Source of the DNA: Octopus bimaculoides
Taxonomy: Eukaryota
Direction of reading: 5' to 3'
DNA: 64,000 bases
Assembly: GCF_001194135.2 (NCBI RefSeq)
Contig: NC_069007.1
Coordinates: 1,831,851 to 1,895,850, forward strand
The notes beneath the pieces were generated by a model that was not told the DNA's origin, did not search any database, and was given only the letters and a program-made list of their open reading frames with translations. A program made the translations under genes and the position numbers. Shown in pieces: positions 50,832 to 64,000 of the stretch (position 1 is its first letter; each line of letters opens with the position of its first letter).

Positions 50832-51417
50832 NNNNNNNNNNNNNNNNNNNNNNNNNNNNNNNNNNNNNNNNNNNNNNNNNNNNNNNNNNNNNNNNNNNNN
50901 NNNNNNNNNNNNNNNNNNNNNNNNNNNNNNNNNNNNNNNNNNNNNNNNNNNNNNNNNNNNNNNNNNNNNNNNNNNNNNNNNNNNNNNNNNNNNNNNNNNN
51001 NNNNNNNNNNNNNNNNNNNNNNNNNNNNNNNNNNNNNNNNNNNNNNNNNNNNNNNNNNNNNNNNNNNNNNNNNNNNNNNNNNNNNNNNNNNNNNNNNNNN
51101 NNNNNNNNNNNNNNNNNNNNNNNNNNNNNNNNNNNNNNNNNNNNNNNNNNNNNNNNNNNNNNNNNNNNNNTTTTTAATATGTGCAGTAATACCTTAGGTC
51201 ATCTTAATATGAGGTTTGGAGTTTGAGAAAATGATAAACGCAGAGGTTAAATAATAAACGTTGAAGTAAGAATGCTTTAACAGTTTAAATCAATTATTCC
51301 AAGCAAGAAATCTTAAAACCAAGATATTCAAAAAACGCGAAGTCGGTAGCATGTTTTGCCGGGCTCACGTTTATTGATTAAATTTATGTGTGCGCGTTTA
51401 TAGACATGCACACACAC

Positions 51418-51457
<40 letters not shown>

Positions 51458-51501
51458 CAAATGAGAGAGACGGAAAATAGCATACACGGGGAACTTCATT
51501 G

Positions 51502-51605
51502 CCACAACAATTGTTTCGACGCATCCTGCACCGATCTGTCTCCGGTGGGAAACGATACCTCTGGTTGTGGTGCATCCCTCTTAGCAGAAGCATCTCCTCA
51601 GGTAA
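51502..51605 (-). ncRNA. Type I hammerhead ribozyme with intact core and extended stem II
   Basis: UUAC CUGAGGA GAUGC [~67 nt incl. UGCACC/GGUGCA] GCGUC GAAA CAAUUG U U GUGG: stem I UUAC/GUGG (2 G.U), stem II 5 bp, stem III palindrome ACAAUUGU, triplet GUU. Confidence 0.65.
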
Positions 51606-52300
51606 GCTAGAAAGAGGTACTGCGTTAGATGAAGTCTGTTTCGCTTCGATTTAATACAGTATGTTCGAAGAGCGTGTGTATTTGCATGTAAGTGGTTGTA
51701 TGTGTGTCCCCTCTTAACGTCGGTGTACCCAATACGGTCCCCGATAATATATCCCTTATCTATAGGTACTCTTCTCAATACAGCAGTGGTGTGAAACTCG
51801 TGCCTTCAAGGGGAAAAAATCAGTTTAACTAAGATATATAGATATTTAAATAACATATACAGATATTTGTTAAACACAATCCTGCATTATACGGCTGCCG
51901 TTTACATTGTCTTGCAATGATCTCTAAACATGACATATACCGTACCCTATAGTTGAAGAATTTCTTCATTTGCTTTTTGTCTTATCTTTTGCTCATCATC
52001 GTTTGCAGAGTATTAAGACAGAAAACAAAGAAAATGTAAACAAGATTGATAATACGAAAGAAATGAACTATACATGGGAATGGTGTAATGATGTCTTTTA
52101 TATTCATTCCAAAAAGAAAAGAAAAAGGAGTAAGAGTAGAAGAAGCGTAAGCCTAATACCATTCTAAATATTGCGATGCTAATATATAGACATTCCCGAC
52201 ACACCATGTATGTGTATAGATCGAAACACGCACATGTAGTTACACACCTCTATGTATGTATGTATGTGTATATATATATTCATATATATATATACATTCA

Positions 52301-52339
<39 letters not shown>

Positions 52340-52788
52340 NNNNNNNNNNNNNNNNNNNNNNNNNNNNNNNNNNNNNNNNNNNNNNNNNNNNNNNNNNNNN
52401 NNNNNNNNNNNNNNNNNNNNNNNNNNNNNNNNNNNNNNNNNNNNNNNNNNNNNNNNNNNNNNNNNNNNNNNNNNNNNNNNNNNNNNNNNNNNNNNNNNNN
52501 NNNNNNNNNNNNNNNNNNNNNNNNNNNNNNNTGTGTGTGTATTAGCACTCATATATATGTATACATATAATTGTTTAAATATGTGTAAGTTTTTGTTTGT
52601 ATGCATATATATGTGTATGTGTGTATGTATAAATAAATATACACACATATACAGAAAAATAAATATGCATATAAATGTAAATATACATACATTGATATAT
52701 ATATATATCTGTATATATATCTGTGTATATATATATATACACATATATACACATACACACACACACATATATATATACACACATACAC

Positions 52789-52874
<86 letters not shown>

Positions 52875-53570
52875 TAAGTTTCAGCTCAGAGCTGCGGCCA
52901 TGCTGATGCACCACCATATATAAATTTACTCGTGTGTGTATGTGCATCCATGCATACCTACATATATTTACGATGATATGCAAGTATGTACGTAGGTATG
53001 TACGAACATATACTTTTGCGTATGTATGTATTTATATTTATTTGTATGTATGTATGTAAATACGCATATATGTATTCATGAACACATTCTAGTATAGATT
53101 TTAAGATCCTAAACCTTCAGCCAAAACGAGAAAAAGAATGTAAGTAGAATCCCACATCAATATTCTTAAACACACATACGCACAATTCCGTACACACACG
53201 CACATAGACATGCACTACACCTACACACACACATAAACCAACTCGTATACATACATACGTACACTCACATAGATACACACACGCACACACTGTTATATAA
53301 ATATAACAACCAACACAAGACCAACAAAACAAACAAAATCACCCTCTTAAACTTACAACTGATATTTTCCTTCACACTATTATCTAACCATCCATTTTGA
53401 AGCGAAACGGAATTACAAAAATGTCAAGAAGGAAATTTATATTCAAAGGAAAATAATTGTCTAGCTGGTTTTATGCTTATATTTATTTTATTTCATTTTA
53501 ATTCATTTTTTGGTCTTATTTCATTTATCTTTATATTTTATTTATGTTTTCTTTATATTATTTTTTGTGC

Positions 53571-53616
<46 letters not shown>

Positions 53617-54254
53617 NNNNNNNNNNNNNNNNNNNNNNNNNNNNNNNNNNNNNNNNNNNNNNNNNNNNNNNNNNNNNNNNNNNNNNNNNNNNNNNNNNNN
53701 NNNNNNNNNNNNNNNNNNNNNNNNNNNNNNNNNNNNNNNNNNNNNNNNNNNNNNNNNNNNNNNNNNNNNNNNNNNNNNNNNNNNNNNNNNNNNNNNNNNN
53801 NNNNNNNNNNNNNNNNNNNNNNNNNNNNNNNNNNNNNNNNNNNNNNNNNNNNNNNNNNNNNNNNNNNNNNNNNNNNNNNNNNNNNNNNNNNNNNNNNNNN
53901 NNNNNNNNNNNNNNNNNNNNNNNNNNNNNNNNNNNNNNNNNNNNNNNNNNNNNNNNNNNNNNNNNNNNNNNNNNNNNNNNNNNNNNNNNNNNNNNNNNNN
54001 NNNNNNNNNNNNNNNNNNNNNNNNNNNNNNNNNNNNNNNNNNNNNNNNNNNNNNNNNNNNNNNNNNNNNNNNNNNNNNNNNNNNNNNNNNNNNNNNNNNN
54101 NNNNNNNNNNNNNNNNNNNNNNNNNNNNNNNNNNNNNNNNNNNNNNNNNNNNNNNNNNATATATATATATATATATACACACATACACATGCACACACAC
54201 ATATACATATATGGATACAGAAGGAAAAAGATGAGATAAAGAATATCAGTGATG

Positions 54255-54445
54255 TGGGCGGCGGTGGTGGTGGTGGTGGTGTGTCCGGTGGTGGTGGCGG
54301 GGGTGCTGGTGCTGTTGTTGACGAATACGACGGCACTGGCGACGCTGACAGAGATGGTGACTATGATGACGAGGACGAGGGCAAAAACGATACTTGTCAC
54401 CACTACGGTGATGATACTAATGATGACGATGAGGGGGTGGAGGAG
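54255..54445. repeat. Decayed (GGT)n/(GAT)n low-complexity tract
   Basis: Trinucleotide periodicity; yields a spurious poly-G/D ORF. Confidence 0.75.
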
Positions 54446-55204
54446 GGGAATGAACTTCCTTATTCCCAAGTGATGATGTGTTACATGTAATTCCAAAGTA
54501 CATCGATATTCTAATAGTTTCTCTCATTATTTATGCATGTTTTCTTGGCTACCATTATTACCTCTCCCTCGCTCCCGCTCTTTCACTCTATCTTTCTTTT
54601 TCTCCTTCGCTCTCTTCCTCGTACACTCACCAGCTTCCTCTCTGTCACTCTCTTCCACACCTTACATATTTATGCTTAAATGGTCAATGTTTTATAAACA
54701 TCATCCTCTCACATAGTGAAGTCGACTTATAGGTATCTATAATAGTCTTTAACAATTAATAAAGCATTATTTTATTGTGTGTAATCCGGATCGATTACTT
54801 TGTTCCAAATTATTATGTTTAATAGCTTCTAGTGTTTAATTCATATAATTCGTGTGTTGTGTTTAAAGAACGTCATTTAAGAGTTCAGTGATAAATCTTA
54901 TCGTAGCTTATTTCTCGTATACAGAACCTGTTGTATGGAGTTTTTTTGTTATGTCTAGTACTATCGGGGGTTTTTTAGTACAGCGTTGGTACTAAATTGT
55001 TTATTGAAAGAAGTATGTTGGTACACTGAAAGGAGAATCAAGCTGCATGGCTTGGGTATTCAGCTGCACCAAACGAGGCGCCCAGCAGTGTTGCACGGGG
55101 GATTATTCTGCGTTGCATGTAACATCCAGGTGCAACGTGGATTTTAAGTCCTTAGATTTAAGGTTTTGGATCATACCTACAAATGCTTAAGTATGTTCTT
55201 TTTA

Positions 55205-55375
55205 ACTTTAGGCACGAGGCACGAGGCCCGAAATTTTGCGGGAGGGGACAGTCGATAAGATCGAATCCAGTACGCAACTGGTACTTAATTTATCGACCCA
55301 GAAAGGATGAAGGGCAACGTCGACATCGGCGGAGTTTGAATTCAGAGCCTAAAGACAGATGAAAATGCTTAAGTA
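55205..55375 (-). mobile_element. SINE family A
   Basis: ggcacgaggcccgaaattttg...gatcgaatccagtacgcaactggtacttaatttatcgaccc...ggcggagtttgaattcagagc. Confidence 0.85.
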
Positions 55376-55597
55376 TATTGGAATAGCCTATTTATCATGG
55401 TGCTATTACATAAATATGCTTGTGTCGGTGAATTAACAGAACTTGGCGGCATTCGGTCTTTTTTACGTTGCCTCTTATCCTCTCAGGATCGATAAGTTCG
55501 TCTTAGGTACCAGGGTCAATGAAATCGATTAGCCCTTCCTACTAAACTTCATGCCTTGTACTTACAATAAATTAGAGTATTATGTGAATGTGTTTAT

Positions 55598-55790
55598 GAT
55601 GGCGAGCCAGCAGACTAATTTGCAACGCCGGGCGAAATGCTTAGCAGCATTTTGCTTGTTTTTAAGCTGGGGATTAAAATTACACCGACGTTAACTTTGC
55701 CTTTGGCCCTTTGAGCTTTTTTTTTAAATAAGTACTGGGGGCGATTTAATCGACTAGCCACTCACTCGAATTTTTGGCCTCACATTTATA
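55598..55790 (+). mobile_element. SINE family A, diverged
   Basis: gatggcgagccagcaga...cgccgggcgaaatgcttagc...aactttgccttt...aaataagtactgggg..atttaatcgactag. Confidence 0.75.
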
Positions 55791-57153
55791 GTTCTAAGGA
55801 TTATACGAGGAAAGATAAGTTGAACAAGAGATGGTAAGCAACAGCTTGAATGTTTATTTTGTTCGTAATTATCGCTCTGGTACTGCAATATTATTGGTAC
55901 TGCAATATTATTGGTACTGTTTGCACATCACTACCCCACTTCCGGCTAATTTTCATTGGATGACCATATTTCTGCTACTTTTATTACAATGGTGATATTT
56001 TAATACACGATTAAGTGCAAATCTATACAACTTGAGTATTTACAATATTTTTGTTCACATTGTATTGCAATGTTCTTGACGTAAAGTCTGTCCTTGTCGT
56101 ATTTTTGTGCGTAAATATTAGGTAGGGACCGTAGCTGTATCTATGTTGTCCGGTCGTGAAAATACAACCTCGAGGACTTTCTTAGGCAGCTTGGTTTCAC
56201 AAGCAATCGATTAATACATCCTCACTTTCAACTATAGATGATAGTCAGAGAAAGCTATTTATAAAAATGTAAACAAGAATATGTCTACTTATAAACTTAT
56301 TTACATAATGGTACAAAGTTGACGCCTGGAGAATAATTTCTGGTCTTCCAATAGAACGTGGTTTATACGGACACAAAAATATGTTGCAACGTTGTAGCAA
56401 AACACATACAGGATTAAACCAGCATATATAAATCTATTGTATTATATAAGGACATATGTACATCATTTTATCATATATATATATATATNNNNNNNNNNAT
56501 ATGCATGTATGTACACTCGTACTAATAATTTTATATAAACATTCATATCCATATTTTCAATCGCAGCAATGCTGAGACGTTGAAAAATTGCCTTACTGTG
56601 TCCCATATGGCTTTTTGCGTCCTGTGTTCAAATCCCCGGTAGTATCCAGCCGTCTGGGGTTCAATAAAATAAAATAGTATTTAAATACTGGGGTAGATTA
56701 GATCGACCAATCAAATCGTTTCGAAGATTTTGCTTTTCCACCTAAATTTAAGAAACAAAAAAAAAGAATTATATACACTCTGGCATATCTACACACTTGT
56801 ATTTGGATTATTGAAAACGCAACAATTCTACGTTGTTATGAATATATTCGTACCTACATTATTATAAACACACCCAAGGATATGGATGTGTTTATAGCAA
56901 TAAATATCCTTGTAAATATATAATTATATACAAACATACAACAATATTACTTGCAAGACGCAAGGAAAATTTTTGAAAAATAAATAAGTAAATGAGTGGA
57001 AATTTTACCGGTGAGTGTGTTAAATTATTAGGCACAAAAAGAGAATGACTCTCCGCAAACACAACAGAATATGCTTCAACACACTCGAACTCACATAAAG
57101 AATCCTGCAAACCAAATCCCAAAACGTATATATATACACATGCATACATATGA

Positions 57154-57236
<83 letters not shown>

Positions 57237-58019
57237 AGTATTTCAATAAGAGAAAATGAAATGAACAGGCTTTATTATTGATTCACAATAAGTGTTTCGG
57301 CGCATCCTTATCAGCAAGTTTATTATTGCGTTAGGTTGATGCAACAATAGTTGTATGCGTGCACTGCTCATTCCATATTGTCATATTCATCATTTTTTTA
57401 TATATATTCTACGGATACTTGCGTATTTCCAGGAATAGGGGACCTACTATATGAAAGCATCTGGCAACCGAGACCTGAATTATTTTGCGTACTATGTGCA
57501 GCAGAATGAGTGAACAAACAGTGGCTTCCTAGATAGGTTTGGTACTTTTGTCTGCAAATCTGTCTGAGTAACCTCCGCTGCTAAATCTTCATTCCACCTA
57601 TCTTCAATTGCTGAAGGTTTTGTTAGACATAGTATACCTTGTTGTTATGCTTTGACCAACTTTCCAAGTCTGATGCAAAATATAGATAACTGTTTATCGT
57701 CGGCGTCTTAAAACTGGTAAAACGGATTGTATTCTATAGATGTAGATACGCAATACTTAAAATTAATTCTGTAGATCACGGCTGAATTAAATTCGATTAG
57801 AGAGCTTTGCCGCAGACGCTGACTTCGACGTTGAAGGAAACCATTTCAAGAAAGAAGATATTGGATGAAGTAAACATAAAGACAATGTATTTAAAATAAA
57901 ACATGGTAACCTTCGTAGAATTAACTTTAATCATAGCCCTTATGATAAAGTTGCAGCTCATCTTAATCGCCTGACGGCACAAGTAGTGCTTCTTGTTTAT
58001 GTGGCGAAACGTTAGTCAT

Positions 58020-58660
58020 GATGGTCATGTCCAGGGCACCTGAGACGAAAGGTCTTCTTGGTACTGTACATTAGCAACAAAGATATCTTGCATGAAGTAT
58101 TCCAAGGTGTACTGTGTCTAATGTGATAGACGATGGAAGGAACGACTTATATTATTAGTCCCTTGATAGAGGTTGAAGTGAGGATCAAATTGTCTCTAAA
58201 AAGGTTATTGAATCTGAAAAGATATTTCACAAAATCTGTTTGTGATCTCCAACGCGGAAGTACAGCAGTTTGGAGTATACTCCTAGTCACTGATTATGGA
58301 TGTACTTCTAGGTCGTGTTGTGGTTATGGAATTCGGAGCTCGAACAATCATGGCACCTTTCGGTGCGTCACAAAACACCTGCAGTATGTGGACACTCCCC
58401 GATGTCATTTGTAGGATTAACTGGCCCTTGTCCCGTGAAGGTAAGCTTAGGAGAGCTTCGGACACTAAACATAAACTGCTATTAATCAGCAGAAGTTTGT
58501 GGGAAACGACTGCTGGGTCTTTCTCAAGGAAAAACAGAAACTTACCTACAAAGAGCATGACTACCAATGCCTTAGTCATCACACAGAAAACTGTATTCGA
58601 TATTATATCCATGGCAGATTATGCCGGAAATATCAGTACTGGAGTACAGCTTGTATAAAA
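58020..58660 (+). mobile_element. Possible decayed Academ-type DNA transposase fragment
   Basis: Across frames: ETKGLL..SNKDILHEV, PLSREGKLRRASDTKHKLL, PTKSMTTNALVI, SMADYAGNISTGVQLV*; resemble from memory the motifs SKDLL.LDTKDI, PSLS..GKLR.GTKSDLL, TF.DYA, RVDLVWD in the same order. Confidence 0.3.
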
Positions 58661-59715
58661 CACTTTTGAATCTGTGGCATGCTATTGGCATTAAATAACA
58701 ATATGAAAAATAAGGGGTTGGGTCGCATTGGACATTTTTCTCCTGGATAAACTATGAGTGAAACAAAAGTAGAATTGTTTATGATAGGAACACCTGTGAT
58801 CGCAAGTCTTCTGGATTAGGTCTGAGAGAGAATCAGCTGAATAAATACAAAAACGCAAACGCCCCCTCCCCTACTACCAACGCCAACATCACGAGAGAAT
58901 AAAACAACTACAACAACAACCATGTAACAACATCAAGTGAGAGATAAGCCTCTACCAACATTGCATCCTAATCTGTCATTATCTGTTCATCCGTATCAAC
59001 CCTATTAACTTAACTTCACGCTGCTAATTCTTGTTGCTGGGAGTTGTTTACTTCACAATATTCCATTTCGCTTACCTGTCAATATTTGTTATCCATCCCT
59101 AGTAAACTCATTAAAAATGAAAATCAAACAAAATATATATAAGAAAATAAATTAAAAAAAAAAAAGACTGTTTCGAAATTGTTTCAATGTTCAATCATAT
59201 ATGAAATACAGAAATGGAATTTGATTTTGTTGTTACACGGGCGTCTATCTTCAGATACTTTGGGGACACACGTAAAGTTTAGCAGAGCAAATAGATAAAT
59301 AAATTGAAACGGGGCAAACTAACATACAGGAATATAATATTTAAAAAATCGAAAAATTATAATAATAACAAGAGAAATATGGGGAAATTAATAGGAAAAT
59401 GTCACATGGCGAAATATCAATAGAAGCTACACTAACGTCAAATAGAATACAGGTATATCGATTAGAGAGACACAAAATAACGTGGCTGAAACATCTGGGA
59501 TGAACGGAACACTGATGTCTCCAGTATTTGTTCTATCGTATCGAAAAGACTTCAATGAAGGATTTCTGTCGAGATAAATCACGTGTAGTTATTTGCTGCG
59601 TACTAATACACATTGCCCTCTACATAAGTTATATATCATTTTGGTCTCCAGATATCTAGAAAAGACAGCCCGAAACTATTTTTCTATTTTTTTTATTGCA
59701 AGGATTTACTATCAA

Positions 59716-59821
<106 letters not shown>

Positions 59822-59826
59822 GTATG

Positions 59827-60096
59827 AATGCTGGACCACCGCCTTTAGCAGAGAAAATTGACCCCATGACTTATTCTTTGTAAGCCTAACACTTATTCCA
59901 TCCGTCTCTATTGCCGAACCGCTAGGTTACCTGGATATAAACACACAAGCCTCAGTTGTCAAGCGATGTTATGGGACAAACACACATACACACACACACA
60001 CATGTATATATACGACGGGCTTCTTTCAGTTGAAGTCTACCAAATCCACTCACAAAGCTTTAGTCGGTCCGAGGCCATAGTAGAACAGACATTCCC
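59827..60096 (-). mobile_element. SINE family B, lacking head
   Basis: atgctggaccaccgcctttag...gacttattctttgtaagccta...tacgacgggcttctttcagtt..gtctaccaaatccactcacaa. Confidence 0.85.
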
Positions 60097-61982
60097 AATC
60101 TTCCATGCGTGGTTTTGCTTATGTCTCCTGCCACTACTTGGCAACCAGTGTTATTTTGCTTATGTCCCTATCACTGATCTGTTCGGTAATGGATTCTTAT
60201 ATAGATTGCCAGATTTCAAAACAAGTACCTGATTGGATCTGTTCGACAGGGTACACCTGTGTGTCTACAACCCAATGACTGTCACAAGCATAAGATAAAT
60301 ATTTCATTTATTCTGATATTTTCATGTGAATAAACTTTCTCTCAAAGAGAAGTTTTCTTTTATTAATGTCATGTGACAAATGAAAATTGTCGAGTCTTCT
60401 CTGCCAAAGATAGCCATTAGTTGTTTGAATCTTAGAAAACCAAAAAAGGATTCCTAACAAATTACGTTTGAGAACCACTGTTCAAGAAAATAGCTATTGA
60501 AACGGATGTAATCATTAAGTAAGTCTGTTTCAATAGTATTTGCCTCCGATATGCTTAAATATATAACGCATATGACGATATGTTGTAATAGATATTTTGA
60601 TCTCCCATTACACCGATACGAAATCCAAGGACAGCAAAACGGATTTACAATTTGAAATATCATTATATTTTTGTGGGATTTCACATTATCATTTATTCTA
60701 CTAATGGAATTGGAATCGGAAAACATGGTGAAGGGATATAGGGAATCAGATCAGATTCTTTCCTAGAGTTGATAATCCTTCCTAAATATTGTGAAATGTC
60801 TTGAGCGTATTGGCATGCATTAGAGTATTAAAGATATGAACTAAATATAACCAGTGCTAAGGTGTTATATCTTAAGATACCATAACGCAAATAAGACATT
60901 CAATTATAATTCCCGATGAATATAGTAGAAGACACCGTATCCCACATAAGTAGTAGAAATTATATAATGACACTCATTATCCTTCTTCTGCACGTCTGTG
61001 AATCCTCGATATATACAACAGGGATTCGATAAAAAGATTAGCTTAATCGAATGTTAATAAAATGTTCTTGATAACCGGTTAAAACTCTCTTCGAGGTGAA
61101 CGCCTAGCGCAAAGCGTAGAAGGTGAACTTGGCATTGGTAATAAACAAGAAATTTGTGAGGAACGAGGTTATATTAAAATGCACTACGTCATCTGCTCCA
61201 AGGAAGTCTTTTACTGTATCCAGTTTATAGAAATATCATAAAATGTTTCCAGTTTATGGATAGATAATCCGATACAACGATACTCTTCATTTTATAACGT
61301 TTGCTTAATAAGCAGGGAAGTCGTAATTTATCTTCCCCCCCCCCTACCACAGGTACCACAAGAAATACAAGTGTCATGGCATTTGCTATTCATCCGTTTT
61401 TTTTTTTTCGGATATAAAAATGCTGAGATGTGAATCAGTTTACAGAACCATTAAGCTGCAATGGATTGTAACTGATGGACTTAGCAACTAAATATCACTC
61501 ACAACACACCCTGCAGATTTAAATGAATCACGAATGTAAAAATAAAGCCACTATCCCTTAAAAAAAAAAAAACAGACACAATTATTACGACTGACTCGTA
61601 TTTAATCATAGCATACCATGAATCATATTGTCTATCTAGCAATAACTGCAACTTAGTAAAAAAAAAAACAGCATAAAAATCAGGAAGGAATCACAGAACA
61701 AAAGAATACAATTTTAAAAGGATAAATCTCTACAGCTTCAAGAAGCGGAAAATACATTGCATGGTGGATCATATGACATTCATCATACAATCACAAAATA
61801 TTACCAGAAATTTCTATCGCCGATAAATTTAAAGAAGATATAATATTAACATTCCCAGGTTGTTACTGAGGCAATAGAATCAGCCCTTTACTATCACGTA
61901 GCTGTTTATGTGCATCCTTATATATCCTCAGGTTGAGAAACGTCAATGAAACGCAGTAAACGAACTCTTTACCTGGACTGCA

Positions 61983-62022
<40 letters not shown>

Positions 62023-62825
62023 GGAATTTACAAAAAAACAAACAAAACAAGAAGGAAGGTGTGTATACAACAAACAGGTGTATTGGTTTAATANNNNNNN
62101 NNNNNNNNNNNNNNNNNNNNNNNNNNNNNNNNNNNNNNNNNNNNNNNNNNNNNNNNNNNNNNNNNNNNNNNNNNNNNNNNNNNNNNNNNNNNNNNNNNNN
62201 NNNNNNNNNNNNNNNNNNNNNNNNNNNNNNNNNNNNNNNNNNNNNNNNNNNNNNNNNNNNNNNNNNNNNNNNNNNNNNNNNNNNNNNNNNNNNNNNNNNN
62301 NNNNNNNNNNNNNNNNNNNNNNNNNNNNNNNNNNNNNNNNNNNNNNNNNNNNNNNNNNNNNNNNNNNNNNNNNNNNNNNNNNNNNNNNNNNNNNNNNNNN
62401 NNNNNNNNNNNNNNNNNNNNNNNNNNNNNNNNNNNNNNNNNNNNNNNNNNNNNNNNNNNNNNNNNNNNNNNNNNNNNNNNNNNNNNNNNNNNNNNNNNNN
62501 NNNNNNNNNNNNNNNNNNNNNNNNNNNNNNNNNNNNNNNNNNNNNNNNNNNNNNNNNNNNNNNNNNNNNNNNNNNNNNNNNNNNNNNNNNNNNNNNNNNN
62601 NNNNNNNNNNNNNNNNNNNNNNNNNNNNNNNNNNNNNNNNNNNNNNNNNNNNNNNNNNNNNNNNNNNNNNNNNNNNNNNNNNNNNNNNNNNNNNNNNNNN
62701 NNNNNNNNNNNNNNNNNNNNNNNNNNNNNNNNNNNNNNNNNNNNNNNNNNNNNNNNNNNNNNNNNNNNNNNNNNNNNNNNNNNNNNNNNNNNNNNNNNNN
62801 NNNNNNNNNNNNNNNNNNNNNNNNN

Positions 62826-62880
62826 TGTTCCGTTGATCGGAAGAACGAGAACCATCGTCATCACAACCAACGGAGTACCA
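62826..62880 (+). mobile_element. SINE family C, 3' tail emerging from a gap
   Basis: gttccgttgatcgga...cgtcatcacaaccaacggagtacca is the reverse complement of ~5035-5090. Confidence 0.65.
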
Positions 62881-63680
62881 GTTTTAGATGCTGAAAGTTA
62901 CAATTCCAATCTAAGACGCACATATTAAACGTATATCTATTTTTATAAACTTAATGATATGATAATGTTCAGTTAGTTGGAGATATAACATATATACATA
63001 TTTTATTTATATTATTTATTTTTTTTTTTTTGAAGAGCAATCCAATTTCTCGCCCCGTCTAATTCAGAAATGCTCTTCGCAAACCTGTTAAACTTATTAG
63101 ATGAACTTTGTCTCAATTTACCAATCCATCGACAGCATATTTATAATGACGCTATAATTTTAAAATTCTTCTTCGCAGAAGAACCAAGAATAACATATTA
63201 ATAAACAAATAAGTAAATGAAGAAATAATAAATGAATGTATAACGAACAAAAAGAAAAGTAATAAAATTTTTCAACGAATCAACAAAAAAATTTGAGACT
63301 GTTGCTGGTGTTGTTGTTGCTGTTAGAGGAAGTAATGGTGATGATGGTGATTATAATTTTGGGGAGGAGTAGGATGATGATATGAAGAATGGCTAACCCT
63401 GGTGCTATACAGCTTAATGAGATGTATGCTGTATGTGATGGAGTATTAGAAAGAAGTCAATGAATAATGAGTGGACATCCGTGTATCGAGTGTACGGCCA
63501 ACTGTGGGTACGTGTGTGTTTCTATGCTTATACACACAAAATCATGTATCTAGAAATGTGCATGTGTGTATATATATGTATGTTTATACATTTGTGTATA
63601 TACATATATATATGTATAAATATATTAACTCGACTCCGTTGCGAACAAATGGCAATGGGTGCACTTGAGAGGTGACCATG

Positions 63681-63975
63681 GGTGCACCTGAGAGGGTACA
63701 AATCTGGGTGGAAAGTCGCCTCACTAGTGAACGCAAAACCTAGCGTTGTTTTTATGGAAGACCAGCAGTCGCCCCTGCGTACCAGCCGCCCCTCTCCACG
63801 CCGCCGACGTTATCCAAGGGGCCGATACAGCTTGGCACCAGTGACAAGTGAACTGGAGCAACGTGAAATAAAGTGTTTTGTTCAAGAAGACAACACGTAG
63901 CTCGGTCCGGGAATTGAACTCACAACATAGCGATCGTAAGCTCGACGCAGTAACCACTGAGCCATGCGCCTTCAC
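63681..63975 (-). mobile_element. tRNA-derived SINE, family C-related
   Basis: Minus strand gtgaaggcgcatggctcagtgg (A box), gagttcaattcccgg (B box), gtgttgtcttcttgaacaaaacactttatttcacgttgctccagttcac. Confidence 0.85.
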
Positions 63976-64000
63976 TGTATGTGTATATATATATATATAT

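Noticed and set aside
54240-54490. Gly/Asp-rich ORF segment GGGGG...DEDEG
   Set aside because: Translation of decayed (GGT)n/(GAT)n microsatellites beside a gap.
57289-57314. CUGAUAA-GG AUGCG CC-GAAA on the minus strand
   Set aside because: G8 is mutated and stems I and III do not pair; at most a very old relic.
57971-58013. CUGACGG-CACAAG...CUUG..UGUGGC-GAAA-CG-UU on the plus strand
   Set aside because: A9 is absent and stem I does not pair; counted only as a weak candidate and not called as a feature.
60467-60480. tttgagaaccactg, a hAT/Charlie-like TIR end (a similar lone end lies at ~51786)
   Set aside because: No matching partner TIR or 8-bp TSD was found nearby.

Overview
AT-rich animal genomic DNA with about 17 N-gaps, most of them abutting (TA)n, (CA)n or (GT)n microsatellites. 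The SINE families and microsatellite load look to me like an octopus (coleoid cephalopod) short-read assembly; this is inference from recognition, not a search. I find no supportable host protein-coding exon, rRNA or true tRNA. The ORF track is almost entirely microsatellite, N-gap or repeat read-through, so the window is probably intronic or intergenic. It holds many copies of three tRNA-derived SINE families and decayed autonomous elements: CR1/L2-type RT, Penelope-like RT, a maT/DD37D transposase, a Tc3-like transposase, an RTE-like C2H2 tail and a possible Academ-like relic. The most interesting signal is a set of minimal type I hammerhead ribozyme (HHR) motifs with palindromic stem III. 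Two have intact catalytic cores (42354-42399 and 51502-51605, both minus strand). The first lies about 80 nt downstream of a tRNA-like Pol III promoter inside a ~290-nt cassette, i.e. a ribozyme-bearing SINE. Several degenerate HHR copies and long foldback elements next to (TA)n tracts point to a Penelope-associated family of small non-autonomous, structured-RNA retroelements.
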